From: Sminthopsis crassicaudata
Lineage: Eukaryota
Direction of reading: 5' to 3'
Length of the DNA stretch: 64,000 nucleotides
Assembly (NCBI RefSeq): GCF_048593235.1
Contig: NC_133617.1
Coordinates: 72,872,937-72,936,936 of the forward strand
Each line of letters begins with the position of its first letter. Position 1 is the first letter of the stretch. Shown here piece by piece: positions 1 to 12,649 of this stretch. Position numbers and translations under genes: made by a program. The notes beneath the pieces were generated by a model. It was not told where the DNA came from. It saw nothing but the letters and a program-made list of their open reading frames with translations, and did no database searches.

Positions 1-36
1 CCTTGAAGTCCCTGTCAGTGCCATGCATTCTGACAG

Positions 37-1872
37 GCATGCTTCGGCGCTGGGATGACAGCCAGAAGTACCTGTCCGAAAACCCACATCTGGTCTGTGA
101 GGAGACTGCCAACTACCTGGTCATCTGGTGCATCGACCTGGAAGTAGAGGAGGTAAGAGAACAAAAGCATAGACCCTTACTGTGTAGAGCAAGCTGGTCT
201 AGGGAGGTCAGAAGGTCTTTGGTCTTCCAAGGTCTATGGTATGCATGTACTCTAATATAGAATTGTAAAAGAAGAGTTTAAGGAATATCTATTGCTATTC
301 CAGAGGGCATGAAGGGGCTGGGCCATGGAGAGAGGCTTTTGTTCCTATGCCCACTTAAGCCTTTCTCCTCTTTAGAAATGTGCCCTCATGGAGCAAGTGG
401 CTCATCAGACAATTGTTATGCAATTTATTCTGGAGTTGGCCAAGAGCCTAAAAGTGGATCCCCGAGCCTGCTTCCGGCAGTTCTTCACAAAAATCAAGGT
501 GAGTCTTGTGGGCCTGGTTCTGAGGACTAGGGACTTGACTCTGTGGGCCTGTAGGACTGGCTCCAGCCTGAGCATTACAAGGCACCCTTTGGGCCTAGCC
601 AAAGGTCCTAAGGAACTTCGTGCTCCCATTCATCTCAGCAAAAGGATGGTTCCTCATTTCTTTTTTTCCTTACAGACAGCCGACCAACAGTACATGGAAG
701 GCTTCACAGATGAGCTGGAGTCCTTCAAGGAGCGAGTGAGAGGGCGTGCCAAAGTGCGGATTGAGAAGGCCATGAAGGAGTACGAGGAGGAAGAGCGGAA
801 GAAGCGGCTGGGCCCCGGGGGCCTGGACCCAGTCGAGGTCTATGAGGCACTGCCTGTGGTATGTAGCTGTAGCTAGCTGGGGAGCTGCTTTTCTGTGCTG
901 GACCCTGGGAAAATGGCTTAACCTGGGGCTGTTTGAGCCCAGAGAGTTCCCCAGGGACTGTGTTCAGAGAGGGCCATCAGCCCAGAAAGAACCCCTGTTC
1001 TCTCCTTGATTCTGAACCTTTCCTCTTAGGGAGTGCTTTTGTTTAGTCACTGAACCCCCTCTGTTTAAGCTCTCCTTCTCTGTTCTGGACAACTCTCCTC
1101 TTACCCATTCCTGTGCTTACTTAGGAGCTCCAGAAATGCTTTGACATCAAGGATGTACAGATGCTCCAAGATACCATCAGCAAAATGGACCCTGCGGTGA
1201 GTGTCCAGTAGGGGGAGCTCGAAGTAAAACCCTAGTCTTGTCACACAAACTTCCTTAAGTGCTTGGGGTGTGGTGCCAGGTTGTTAGTGCTTTTAGTTTC
1301 CTTTCTTTGTCCTGGCTTTTTTATCTCCTCACCTCCCCACCCCACCCCTCCTTGGCTGAGGATCCTCCTAGCCAGGAGGTGTGGTTGACTTATTCTACCC
1401 TGGCAGTAGAGTCACAGAGACACCCCCCCATCCCCACTCCCCCCAGCCTTTATGGAAAGTTAGCTAGCCTGGCAGAGCTAGGCCTTTTCCTTTTCCTAGT
1501 CCCCCGGGCCAGGAAGCTTGGAGCTTCAGCTGTCTCAGCCCAAGGGAAGCAAAGCATGCTGGCCATTAGGGCCAGCGGGCGGCCTCTTCAAGGGTGCCTG
1601 GGAGTTGTGGGTTCAGCGATGGGCTCTATGTGCAGAGCTGGGGGTTTGGGAAATCCAGGGACTAGAGACAGCATCTTCACCTGTACTGGTGTGCCCTCTT
1701 GTTCCAGGAAGCAAAATATCACATGCAACGTTGCATTGACTCAGGCCTCTGGGTCCCCAATGCAAAGGCAGCCGGAGGACAGGAGAAAGGCGATGATGAC
1801 TCCCCAGCTTCAGACCTTGTGGGTGAGGCCAGGAAGGGCAGGGTCGAAGAAGAAGAGAAAGGGAACGTCTGA
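37..1872 (+). CDS. CDC37: Hsp90 co-chaperone Cdc37, last five coding exons (5' part lies outside the window)
   Basis: Exons 37-152, 376-498, 676-858, 1125-1196 and 1708-1872, all with AG/GT boundaries and consistent phase. They translate to GMLRRWDDSQKYLSENPHLVCEETANYLVIWCIDLEVEE / KCALMEQVAHQTIVMQFILELAKSLKVDPRACFRQFFTKIK / TADQQYMEGF...VEVYEALPV / ELQKCFDIKDVQMLQDTISKMDPA / EAKYHMQRCIDSGLWVPNAK...KGNV*, which matches vertebrate CDC37. Confidence 0.98.
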
Positions 1873-2290
1873 TCTGGCCCCTGCTGGAAACTTTATACCA
1901 GACTCTCTTTTAAGACGACAAAACCAACAAATATATGAATATATAAAATCTGTGAGCTTCTGAGTCTCCTGCTCGCTTTCCACACCAAATCCCTAGTGCT
2001 GGCATTTCCCCCCAACACCCCTTCCCCCCCAGCTCTGATCCAGATATCTGCTTTGAGTGTGAAGGGGCTTCCAAATGGCTCTGTGTGCCACCACTACTGC
2101 CCCCCTCCCCTTCTGTCATCTTCCCTGTGCCCAGTAGGAGTGGGAGCTGGTACTGGGGACTTGGGGGAAGGAGCTTGGTTGGGACTTAGAGCTGACTAGG
2201 GTCGTAGGCATGGCTCTGGGCACTGTAATTAACCCGTTAGTGTGCTGTTGTGTCTATTTTTGAGGTGAGGGTAACTGGCAAACATCTTCA

Positions 2291-2296
2291 AATAAA
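2291..2296 (+). terminator. Likely CDC37 polyadenylation signal AATAAA
   Basis: First AATAAA downstream of the CDC37 stop at 1872 that I could find; followed by a GT-rich tract. Confidence 0.75.
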
Positions 2297-2599
2297 AGAT
2301 TTTGAGGAGTTGTGACCAGGGTTGACTTCTTCTCATAACATTGTGGGTGTCATTTGCCTGGCTTCCCTTATACCCTTTCAAGTTGGCTTTTAACCAGACT
2401 CAATCAGAGGGATATTCTGTCTTTATGGACAGATGGGTTCCTTCTTTATTCTCTTGTTACAGATAGATATGGGGAAACATCTGTCTTCTTGTGACCCTTT
2501 TATTCCTGGGCATGAGGACAAGTAGACATGTTTAGCTTTCCTTAACTCCCAAATAGGAAGAAGTACACTATAAAATACCCTCAAGAAGGGATGGGGCTG

Positions 2600-3040
2600 G
2601 GGGAAGCTAGCAAGAAAAACCTTGTGATAAGATGATCAAGAAACAAGAAATGAGGAAAAAGAGGTCCTAATACAATATAGGAATACTATAAGGCAAGAGA
2701 AAGAAATTTCCATTTCACATAGGTATTAATAATAGTACAGTGACAATTAGACTATATGAAAAAATGAAGCAACCATGAGGACCTCTGGAATGAAAGACAA
2801 CCCAAAGTGAAGAAGGACCTTAAGGGATTTGAAAAGATTTCATTGTTTATAGCACAAGCTGAAAGTTCAAGCAGAGAGTACTCTGAAAACAAAAATACAA
2901 AAGTACATCAACATAGAAGAGAATAGAGAAAATCCAAAGTTGCCACAAAATAAAGTAACAGACCTTGAAAATAGCTCTGATCTAATCTGAGACACTAATC
3001 TTCCAGGAAAAAGTGAAATGAAGAATGAATCATTTATTAA
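2600..3040 (+). mobile_element. Degraded L1/HAL1 ORF1-like fragment
   Basis: A-rich purine strand; aaagtaacagaccttgaaaatagctc resembles the L1 ORF1 'K..DLENRSRR.NL' region. Many stops. Confidence 0.45.
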
Positions 3041-3099
3041 ATGACTACCTGCAAGCATGATTCTAAGTGTTGAGGATATAATGAAAGGTCAAAGATATT

Positions 3100-4250
3100 C
3101 CCTGCTCTTGGAGAGCTTACCATCTAATGGAGAAGATGTACAGATAAGATAAAGGGGGTAAGTGAGAAAATAACAGGGAGGTCATCAGAATTAAGATGAG
3201 GAAAAATATTTTTATAAAGGTGGAATCTTAGCTGGTATGTGAAGGAAGTTTGAAGATGGGGATTAGGAAAGTTCCAGGCCTGGAGGACAGCCACCAGAAA
3301 TTCCTAGTCAGAAGATTGCTTTCCTAGACATCAACAGCAAGGAGGCCAGTCTCTGGATTGCAGGTGTGTTTGGGGGGTAAAGTGTACAAAGTGGGGCGAG
3401 TGTTTCAAGGACTTTGTGTGCCAGAGGAGTCTGTATTTGATCCTAGAGGGGGTGGCCCCTGAGGTTTTGTTAAGATGGAGGAGTGATAGTCACGCTGTTT
3501 AGGAAGATTACATTGGCAGCTGAGTACAAGATGGATTGGATCAGGGAGACACTGGTGGAGACCAGTCAGCAGAGGCCATTGTAGTAATCCAGACTGAGAC
3601 AATGAAGGCCTGCCCTAAGGTAATGGAAGTATTAGAGGAGAGTGTCAGAGCATAGAAGTGGTACCAGAGAGGAGCTCAGGACCTGGAATGAGGAATGCCT
3701 GAGTTCTAACCCAGCCCTAGACAAGCACTAGTGGGGTGACCCTCAGCAAATCACTTCACCTATTTGTTTGGCTTTCCTCATCTGTAAAATGAGCTGGAGA
3801 AGGAAGTGACAAACCTCATCTATATCTTTGCCAAGAAAATCTGAAATAGAGTCACAAAGTGATGCATGTTATTAAAACGACTGAACAGCATTGCAAAGGT
3901 AAAGTCTACAGATTTTAGAAAGAGATGGGACATGGAGAGGAGTGAGTCCAGAGAGAATCAAGGCTGTCAAAGTTCACAATCTAGGTGACTAGGAGGGTGA
4001 TAGTAATAAGGAAGTGAAGAAAGAGGGAGGATTTTGGGGGTAAAAATGAATTGTTTTGAAAAATGTTGAATTTCCTACCTACAGGACATCCACCCCAAGA
4101 TATCCAACAGGCAATTGAAGATGTGGAACTGAATGAAGGTCATCGGATAGGTTAGGGTTGGATAAGTAGATTTGAGAATCATCAATATAAAGATAGTAAT
4201 AGAATCCATGGAAGTGAAATCATATAGAAGAAGAAAAGTGGTTTCAGGAC
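3100..4250 (-). mobile_element. Old L2 fragments, interrupted by a SINE
   Basis: Purine-rich text typical of antisense L2 (gaggccagtctctggattgcag; gaatttcctacctacaggacatcc; agatttgagaatcatc). Boundaries approximate. Confidence 0.5.
3655..3895 (+). mobile_element. CORE-SINE with RTE/BovB-type 3' tail (Mar1-like)
   Basis: CORE segment gtgaccctcagcaaatcacttcacc...tttcctcatctgtaaaatg, followed by the RTE-like tail ggagaaggaagtgacaaacc...atctttgccaagaaaa...acgactgaaca. Confidence 0.6.
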
Positions 4251-4284
4251 AAATCTGGGAGAAAAGAAATATAAGCTCTGTCCT

Positions 4285-5020
4285 TTTTTTTATTAAAGTT
4301 TTTTATTTACAGAACATATGCATGGATAATTTTTCAGCATTGACTCTTGCAAAACTTTCTGCTCCAAATTTTTCCCCTCCTCCCTACCTCCTCCCCTAGA
4401 TGGTAGGTAGTCCAATACATGTTAAATATGTTAAAATATATTTAAAATCCAATATATGTATACATATTTATATAGTTATCTTGCTGCACAAGAAAAGTCG
4501 GATCTAGAAAGGAAAAAAAACCTGAGAAGGAAAACAAAATGCAAGCAAACATCAAGAGAAAGCATGAAAATGTTATATTGTGATCCATACTCAGTTCCCA
4601 CAGTTCTCTCTCTGGGTGTAGATGGTTCTCTTCATCACAAGATCATTGGAACTGATCTGAATCACCTTGCTGTTGAAAAGAGACATCCATCAGAATTGAT
4701 CCTCATATACTCTTGTTGCCATGTATAATGTATAATGATCTGGTTCTGCTCATTTTACTTAGCATCACTTCATGTAAGTCTCTCCAAGTCTCTCTGAAAT
4801 CATCCTGCTTTCTTATAGAATAATAATATTCCAAACATTCATATACCATAATTTATTCGGCCATTCTCCAATTGATGGGCATCTATTCAATTTCCAGTTT
4901 CTTGCCACTACAATAAGGGCTGCCACAAACATTTTTGCACATGTGGGTCCCGTTTGCTCCTTTAAGACCTCTTTGGGATACAAGCCCAATAGAAACACTG
5001 CTGGATCAAATGGTATGCAC
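4285..5020 (-). mobile_element. 5'-truncated L1 (ORF2 C-terminus and 3' UTR), antisense
   Basis: ORF 4813-5070(-) reads LCIPFDPAVFLLGLYPKE...CPSIGEWPNKLWYMNV, the L1 ORF2 C-terminus. Poly-T at about 4285 is the poly-A tail. Confidence 0.85.
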
Positions 5021-5332
5021 AAAAACTGTCTTGAAGGAAGGAAGAGAAGGAAAAAATATAAAGAATTCACAAGCTTTCATCAGGGAATTATCTCAGAGTT
5101 AGTTTTACCTTAATTATCACCAAAATCCAGAGCTTTGATTAAAAAAAAAAAAAATTGACAAAGAACTATGAAGAAATAATTGACATATCCAAGAACTCCA
5201 GCTGTAATCATTTAAGTCCTCTTAAGAACAAAAAAATGAAAGAAAAAGCTGGAATATGAAATGTAAAAAAGAGAACAAAGCTTGTTCTCAGAATAATATC
5301 TGTGAATTGAACATTTTTTAAAAAGACTTTTA

Positions 5333-7160
5333 CATTCAGTGCTTGCGGATAGGCTGAGCGAATATAACAAAGATGACAATACTCCCCAAACTAATCTATT
5401 TATTTAGTGCTATACCAATCAGACTCCCAAGAAACTATTTTTATGGCCTAGAAAAAATAACAACAAAATTCATATGGAAGAATAAAAAAAGGTCGAGAAT
5501 TGCAAGGGAACTAATGAAAAAAAAGTCAGAGGAAGGTAGTCTAAGTGTACCTGATCTAAAGCTATATTATATAGCAGCAGTCACCAAAACCATTTGGTAC
5601 TGGCTAAGAAATAGAACGGTAGATCAGTGGAACAGATTAGATGCAAAGGACAAAAAAGGGTACATCTATAGCAATCTAATCTTTGACAAACCCAAAGATA
5701 CCAACATTAGGGACAAAAATTCATTATTCAGAAGAAACTGTTGGGAAAACTGGAAATTAGTATGGCAGAAATTAGATATAGATCCACACTTAACACCATA
5801 TACCAAGATAAAATCAAAATGGGTTCATGATTTAGGCATAAAGAATGAGATCATAAGTAGATTAGAGGAACAGAGGATAGTCTACCTCTCAGACCTATGG
5901 AGGAGGAAGGAATTTATGACCAGAGGAGAACGAGAGAGCATTATTGATCACAAAATAGAAGATTTTGATTACATCAAACTAAAAAGTTTCTGTACAAACA
6001 AAACTAATGCAAACAACATTAGAAGGGAAGTAACAAAGTGGGAAAATATTTTTACAGTTAGAGGTTCTGATAAAGGCCTCATTTCTAAAATATATAGAGA
6101 ACTGACTCTAATTTATAAGAAATCAAACCATTCCCCAATTGATAAATGGTCAAAGGATATGAACAGACAATTCTCAGATGATGAAATTGAAACTATATCC
6201 ACTCATATGAAAGAGTGTTCCAAATCACTACTGATCAGAGAAATGCAAATTAAGACAACTCTGAGATACCACTATACACCTGTCAGATTGGCTAAGATGA
6301 CAGGAACAAATAATGATGAATGTTGGAGGGGCTGTGGGAAAACTGGGACACTAATGCATTGTTGGTGGAGTTGTGAAAGAACCCAACCATTCTGGAGAGC
6401 AATTTGGAACTATGCCCAAAACGTTATCAAACTGTGCATACCCTTTGATCCAGCATTGCTACTATTGGGCTTATATCTCAAAGAAATATTAAAGAGGGGA
6501 AAGGGACCTGTATGTGCCAAAATGTTTTTGGCAGCTCTTTTCATAGTGGCTAGAAACTGGAAGATGAATGGATGTCCATCAATTGGAGAATGGTTGGGTA
6601 AATTATGGTATATGAATGTTATGGAATATTATTGCTCTGTAAGAAATGACCAGCAGGATGGATACAGAGAGGTTTGGAGAAATTTATATGAACTGATGCT
6701 GAGTGAAATGAGCAGAACCAGAAGATCACTATACACTTCAACAACAATACTATATGAGGATGTATTCTGATGGAAGTGGATATCTTCAACATAAAGAAGA
6801 TCCAACTCACTTCCAGTTGATCAATGAAGGACAGAAACAACTACACCCAGAGAAGGAACACTGGGAAGGGAATGTAAACTTAACACTACTGTCTACCCAG
6901 GTTACTTATACCTTTGGAATTCAATTCTTAACGTGCAACAAGAAAATGGTATTTACACACATATATTGTATCTAAGTTATACTGTAACACATGTAATATG
7001 TATGGGATTGCCTGTCATCTAGGGGAGGGAGTAGAAGGAGGGAGGGGAAAATTTGGAAAAATGAATACAAGGGATAATGTTATAAAAAAAATTACTCATG
7101 CATATATCTTGTCAAAAAATTTTTTTATAATTTTATAATTATAAAATTAATAAAAAAAAA
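5333..7160 (+). mobile_element. Young 5'-truncated L1, copy A
   Basis: Uninterrupted 465-aa ORF2 C-terminal fragment (5373-6770), 3' UTR and A tail. Candidate TSD aaaaagactttta (5320-5332) / aaaaaaactttta (7156-7168) at a TT|AAAA site. Confidence 0.96.
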
Positions 7161-8468
7161 AACTTTTATAGGATGACCTGTTTCAGTGAGTCCTTCACAG
7201 ATAACCAGATATAAACTGGGTTTTGAGGTATACATTTATTAAAAATAAAACTAATGATGTGTAAATCCAATAGCCTTTCAAGCCTATAAAGAAATGCAGT
7301 GTTGTGTGTATTAAGAAAAAGATTGAAGTGTTTCTTAGAATTACTGCCTTGCCTATTGGGGGGGGGGGAGGGCACCAAGGAGAATAATTATCATTAATCC
7401 CAGTAATGGTGATCAGACTCTTGTCCTAAAGGATAAAAGAAGGGAGAAATTAGTGTTTTTTGGAATAAAGCACTACATATAGTGTTACTTCAAACTATTG
7501 CCAAGGAACTCAAACAAAAAAAAAAAAAAAAATGTTGGATAAGGTGTAGAGATATTGTGATTAGATTGTTTTAAAGCAAAATAAGTATAGGCTGACCATT
7601 AAAAAAAAAAAAAAAAAAAAAAACAGGTCTGGGGGATTTGACACATGGTTTTGGAAGGAAGGGTTGTATTTTGAAGGAGATGACTGGGACAGTCATTTCA
7701 AGACAACAAGCTACAATTAACTAGTACTTTGTTTGTTTTGTTTTGTTTTAACAGATTATTCAGCAGGATTTGTTAAGGGGAAAAACATTAAACAATAATA
7801 TCCTTGAATTATAATGACTTTTTCCTGCGTGGACTTAGGCCAAACACTTTTGAGTGATTACAGATCTCATTTATGAGGCCTTGAAATGTTCTGGGGCTAG
7901 ATGTAATCAGTACCACATCTGCAGCAAAAGGGACCATGTGGAGGTCCTCTTTTGAGAAGCCCTCTTTGACTTGGCCTTGCTCAGGATATTGTTAATGATA
8001 TTGGGAAACACCGGGAGTGAGCTTGTCTCCTTTGTTTTATTCCTTGATTGTTATCAGCAATTAGCTTGAAAGTAGAATGACAATTAGATACCGTTCATAG
8101 AGCTGGCCTATGAGTTTATACATTTTGGACAGAAATAATAAGCTGGGCTCAGATTTGAAGTGGAATAAGAAAGCAAAGTGGATTTTTTTTTTTTAAACTA
8201 GACCTGTAATTTCATTTGTGTAGGAAACCCAGAAAGAATCTTTTCCCTACCAATACAAATTGTTACCTGCTCTGCAATTTAGTCATCAAGAGTTTCCTGG
8301 GACACTAGGGAGATTAGTGATTTGCCCAGTCTCACAGCCAATATAGGTGGTCAAATTTGCCCCCATGATGGTTTTACTCCACAGTCACATCTTTGGTAAA
8401 TTTCACAGTTTATTTAATGACGGCCCCCACCTTTTGAAACAAAGGTCCTTCTTAAAACCAAAAGTGTA

Positions 8469-11205
8469 TTTACATGTGAATTCTACCAAACATTTAAAGA
8501 ACAATTAGCCCCAATGCTATATAAACTATTTGAAAAAATAGGGAATGAAGGAGTCCTACCAAACTCCTTTTATGACATAGACATGGTACTGATACCTAAA
8601 CCAGGTCGATCGAAAACTGAGAAAGAAAATTATAGACCAATTTCCTTAATGAATATTGATGCTAAAATCTTAAATAAGACATTAGCAAAAAGACTTCAGA
8701 AAATCATCCCCAGGATAATACACTATGATCAAGTAGGATTCATACCAGGAATGCAGAGCTGGTTTAATATTAGGAAAACTATTAGTATAATTGACCATAT
8801 TAATAATCAAATTAATAAAAACCATATGATCATCTCAATAGATGCAGAAAAAGCATTTGACAAAATCCAACATCCATTCCTACTAAAAACTCTTGAGAGT
8901 ATAGGAATAAATGGATTATTCCTTAGAATAATCAGGAGCATATATTTAAGACCATCAGTAAGCATAATATGCAATAGAAATAAACTGCAACCTTTCCCAG
9001 TAAGATCAGGAGTGAAACAAGGTTGCCCACTATCACCATTACTATTCAATATAGTACTAGAAACGCTAGCCTCAGCAATAAGAGCCGAGAAAGAGATTCA
9101 AGGAATTAGAGTAGGAAATGAGGAAATCAAACTATCACTCTTTGCAGATGGCATGATGGTATACTTAGAGAACCCCAAAGACTCTGCTAAAAAGCTATTA
9201 GAAATAATTCAGAATTTTAGCAAAGTGGCAGGATACAAAATAAATCCACATGAATCCTCAGCATTCTTATATATCACCAACAAAATGCAACAGCAAGAGA
9301 TACAAAGAGAAATTCCATTCCAAACAAATGTTGAGAGTATAAAGTATTTGGGAATCCATCTACCAAAGAATAGTCCGGAATTATATGAGAAAAATTACAA
9401 AACACTTGCTACAAAAATAAAGTCAGATTTAAATAATTGGAAAGACATTCAGTGCTCTTGGATAGGCCGAGCGAATATAATAAAGATGACAATACTCCCC
9501 AAACTAATCTATTTATTTAGTGCTATACCAATCAGACTCCCAAGAAACTATTTTTATGGCCTAGAAAAAATAACAACAAAATTCATATGGAAGAATAAAA
9601 AAAGGTCGAGAATTGCAAGGGAACTAATGAAAAAAAAGTCAGAGGAAGGTAGTCTAAGTGTACCTGATCTAAAGCTATATTATATAGCAGCAGTCACCAA
9701 AACCATTTGGTACTGGCTAAGAAATAGAACGGTAGATCAGTGGAACAGATTAGATGCAAAGGACAAAAAAGGGTACATCTATAGCAATCTAATCTTTGAC
9801 AAACCCAAAGATACCAACATTAGGGACAAAAATTCATTATTCAGAAGAAACTGTTGGGAAAACTGGAAATTAGTATGGCAGAAATTAGATATAGATCCAC
9901 ACTTAACACCATATACCAAGATAAAATCAAAATGAGTTCATGATTTAGGCATAAAGAATGAGATCATAAGTAGATTAGAGGAACAGAGGATAGTCTACCT
10001 CTCAGACCTATGGAGGAGGAAGGAATTTATGACCAGAGGAGAACTAGAGAGCATTATTGATCACAAAATAGAAGATTTTGATTACATCAAACTAAAAGGT
10101 TTCTGTACAAACAAAACTAATGCAAACAACATTAGAAGGGAAGTAACAAAGTGGGAAAATATTTTTACAGTTAGAGGTTCTGATAAAGGCCTCATTTCTA
10201 AAATATATAGAGAACTGACTCTAATTTATAAGAAATCAAACCATTCCCCAATTGATAAATGGTCAAAGGATATGAACAGACAATTCTCAGATGATGAAAT
10301 TGAAACTATATCCACTCATATGAAAGAGTGTTCCAAATCACTACTGATCAGAGAAATGCAAATTAAGACAACTCTGAGATACCACTACACACCTGTCAGA
10401 TTGGCTAAGATGACAGGAACAAATAATGATGAATGTTGGAGGGGATGTGGGAAAACTGGGACACTAATGCATTGTTGGTGGAGTTGTGAAAGAATCCAGC
10501 CATTCTGGAGAGCAATTTGGAACTATGTCCAAAAAGTTATCAAACTGTGCATACCCTTTGACCCAGCATTGCTGTTATTGGGATTATATCCCAAAGAAAT
10601 ACTAAAGAGTGGAAAGGGACCTGTATGTGCCAAAATGTTTGTGGCAGCTCTTTTTGTTGTAGCTAAAAACTGGAAGTTGAATGGATGTCTATCAATTGCA
10701 GAATGGTTGGGTAAATTATGGTATATGAAGGTTATGGAATATTATTTCTCTGTAAGAAATGACCAGCAGGAGGAATACAGAGAGGCTTGGAGAGACTTAC
10801 ATCAACTGATGCTGAGTGAAATGAGCAGAACCAGAAGATCACTATACACTTCAACAACAATACTGTATGAGGATGTATTCTGATGGAGGTGGAAATCTTC
10901 AACATAAAGAAGATCCAACTCACTTCCAGTTGATCAATAATGGACAGAGGTAGCTACACCCAGAGAAGGAACACTGGGAATTGAATGTAAAATATTAGCA
11001 CTACTGTCTATCTACCCAGGTTACTTATACCTTCGGAATTCAATTCTTAACGTGCAACAAGAAAATTGGATTTACACACATATATTGTATCTAAGTTATA
11101 CTGTAACACATGTAAAATGTATGGGATTGCCTGTCATTGGGGGGAGGGAGTGGAAGGAGGGAGGGGATAATTTGGAAAAATGAATAAAAAAAAAAATTTA
11201 AAAAA
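8469..11205 (+). mobile_element. Young 5'-truncated L1, copy B (RT domain to 3' end, one nonsense codon)
   Basis: ORF2 with the RT motifs [13 protein letters not shown] and LFADGM (Gly in place of the second catalytic Asp of the usual FADD). A TGG>TGA stop at 9933-9935 splits ORFs 8514-9935 and 10029-10883, which are in the same frame. Candidate TSD aaaaccaaaagtgta (8454-8468) / aaaactcaaaagtgta (11206-11221). Confidence 0.97.
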
Positions 11206-11231
11206 AAAACTCAAAAGTGTAAGTGCTTGTA

Positions 11232-11252
11232 TGTGTGTGTGTGTGTGTGTGT
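11232..11252. repeat. (TG)n microsatellite
   Basis: About 10 TG units directly visible. Confidence 0.95.
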
Positions 11253-11419
11253 TGTGTTGTATGGCTCAAATCAGAGTTTTATTCCTCAAAGGATTCGAGT
11301 TGATTTCTCAAAAGACAGTAAGAAAGCACTTGGTAGTTGTAAGTGAGCTTCAAAATATATGAAGGAAGAATTACATGCAAGGCACATGTGAAGGAATGGC
11401 CTTAAAGGATTTGAAATTA

Positions 11420-11421
<2 letters not shown>

Positions 11422-11470
<49 letters not shown>
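11422..11470. repeat. (AT)n microsatellite
   Basis: About 24 perfect AT units directly visible. Confidence 0.98.
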
Positions 11471-11472
<2 letters not shown>

Positions 11473-11542
11473 CCAGATTTCTTATGAGCTGAAGTTCCTA
11501 AACTCTACTTCATCCCAGTTAGTAAAGAATGGTATTAGAGAG

Positions 11543-11692
11543 GGGCCTCTAGGGGGCGCAGTGGATGGAGCACCAACCTTGAATTCAGGAGGACCTGAGT
11601 TCAAATGTGATCTCAGACACTTAACCCTTCCTAGCTGTGTGACCCTGGGCAAGTCACTTAACCCCAGCCTCCAAAAAAAAAAAAAAAAAAAA
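11543..11692 (+). mobile_element. WSINE1-like tRNA-derived SINE
   Basis: A-box/B-box head (gcagtggatggagcacc...gagttcaaat), CORE segment and A tail. TSD aaagaatggtattagagag (11524-11542) / aaagagtggcattagagag (11690-11708). Confidence 0.9.
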
Positions 11693-12649
11693 GAGTGGCA
11701 TTAGAGAGATGTAAGATTGGGGAGGGGGAAAAGTGACTCCCATGGTAAGATAAAAGGATAACCAACAGGTATCCATGAAGCATCAGGAGATATAGAAGAA
11801 AGCCTTACTGAGTTGTGTGGAACCCTGTGACAGATATACAATGGGACATGGACAAGAATTGAACAGGATAGGAAGAAATGTATAAATTGTAATCTGAATA
11901 ATTATAAACGGGAGATTGGCTGATGATCTTAATTCAGATGCAGGCACTTGTGGGTGAAATCTCCCAGCCCTTTAGCAACATAGGGATCTTGCCTATTCCT
12001 TCTTTTAACTAATTCAAGAGTCTTGGAGGAGGTTTCTCAAACTACTCTGAGATCAAGTGGAATGACATAATGTTTTACTATTCATTTGTCTTGATTAAAT
12101 ATTTTGCTTTTTTTTTTTTTTTCACCCAGGAATGTTTGCAGGATGAGCAAATAAGGAAGCAATATGATGTAGTGAAGAGACCATTGGTCCTAGAGTCGAG
12201 AACACCTGTACTTAAATTTCCCCTATATTTATTAACTGTATGAGTCTGGGCAAGTCATTCTCTAGGTCTCAGTTTTCTTATCTATGAAATGGATTAGAGC
12301 TGGAAGGAACACTCCAGCATTCTAGCTCTAAATCTATGATCCTATGACTATTTAGACTTGAGTTAACTGCAGAAGTTTTTAGTTTTCTGACTGTGAGGTA
12401 ATAAGCAAAAGAGTAAATCCCTGCAATTTGAACTGTAGTCCAGGATTATCCAGAGATGGTAGGATCTATGGACTACAATTAAATAAAACAATAGCAAAGA
12501 GACTACAGCAAAAGAAATACATTAAAAACAACACTTTCATTATGACAAAGTTGTATTTGTACCAGAAAAGCAAGAAAGTTCAACGTTAGAAACTCTATTA
12601 ACACATTCATTATGAACATATTTATTTCTGGCTAAGGAAAGGACCGGGC

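Noticed and set aside
1259-1963. 234-aa ORF overlapping the end of CDC37
   Set aside because: It is intron 3' sequence plus the last CDC37 exon read in another frame, with no recognisable protein.
5373-10883. Long ORFs of 465, 473 and 284 aa as host genes or an active retroelement
   Set aside because: They are L1 ORF2 fragments. Both copies lack the 5' UTR, ORF1 and the endonuclease domain, and copy B has a nonsense codon, so neither is autonomous.
11543-11620. tRNA genes suggested by A-box/B-box motifs (also at 25648, 37909, 39197 and others)
   Set aside because: They are tRNA-derived SINE heads followed by CORE sequence, tails and TSDs, with no cloverleaf.
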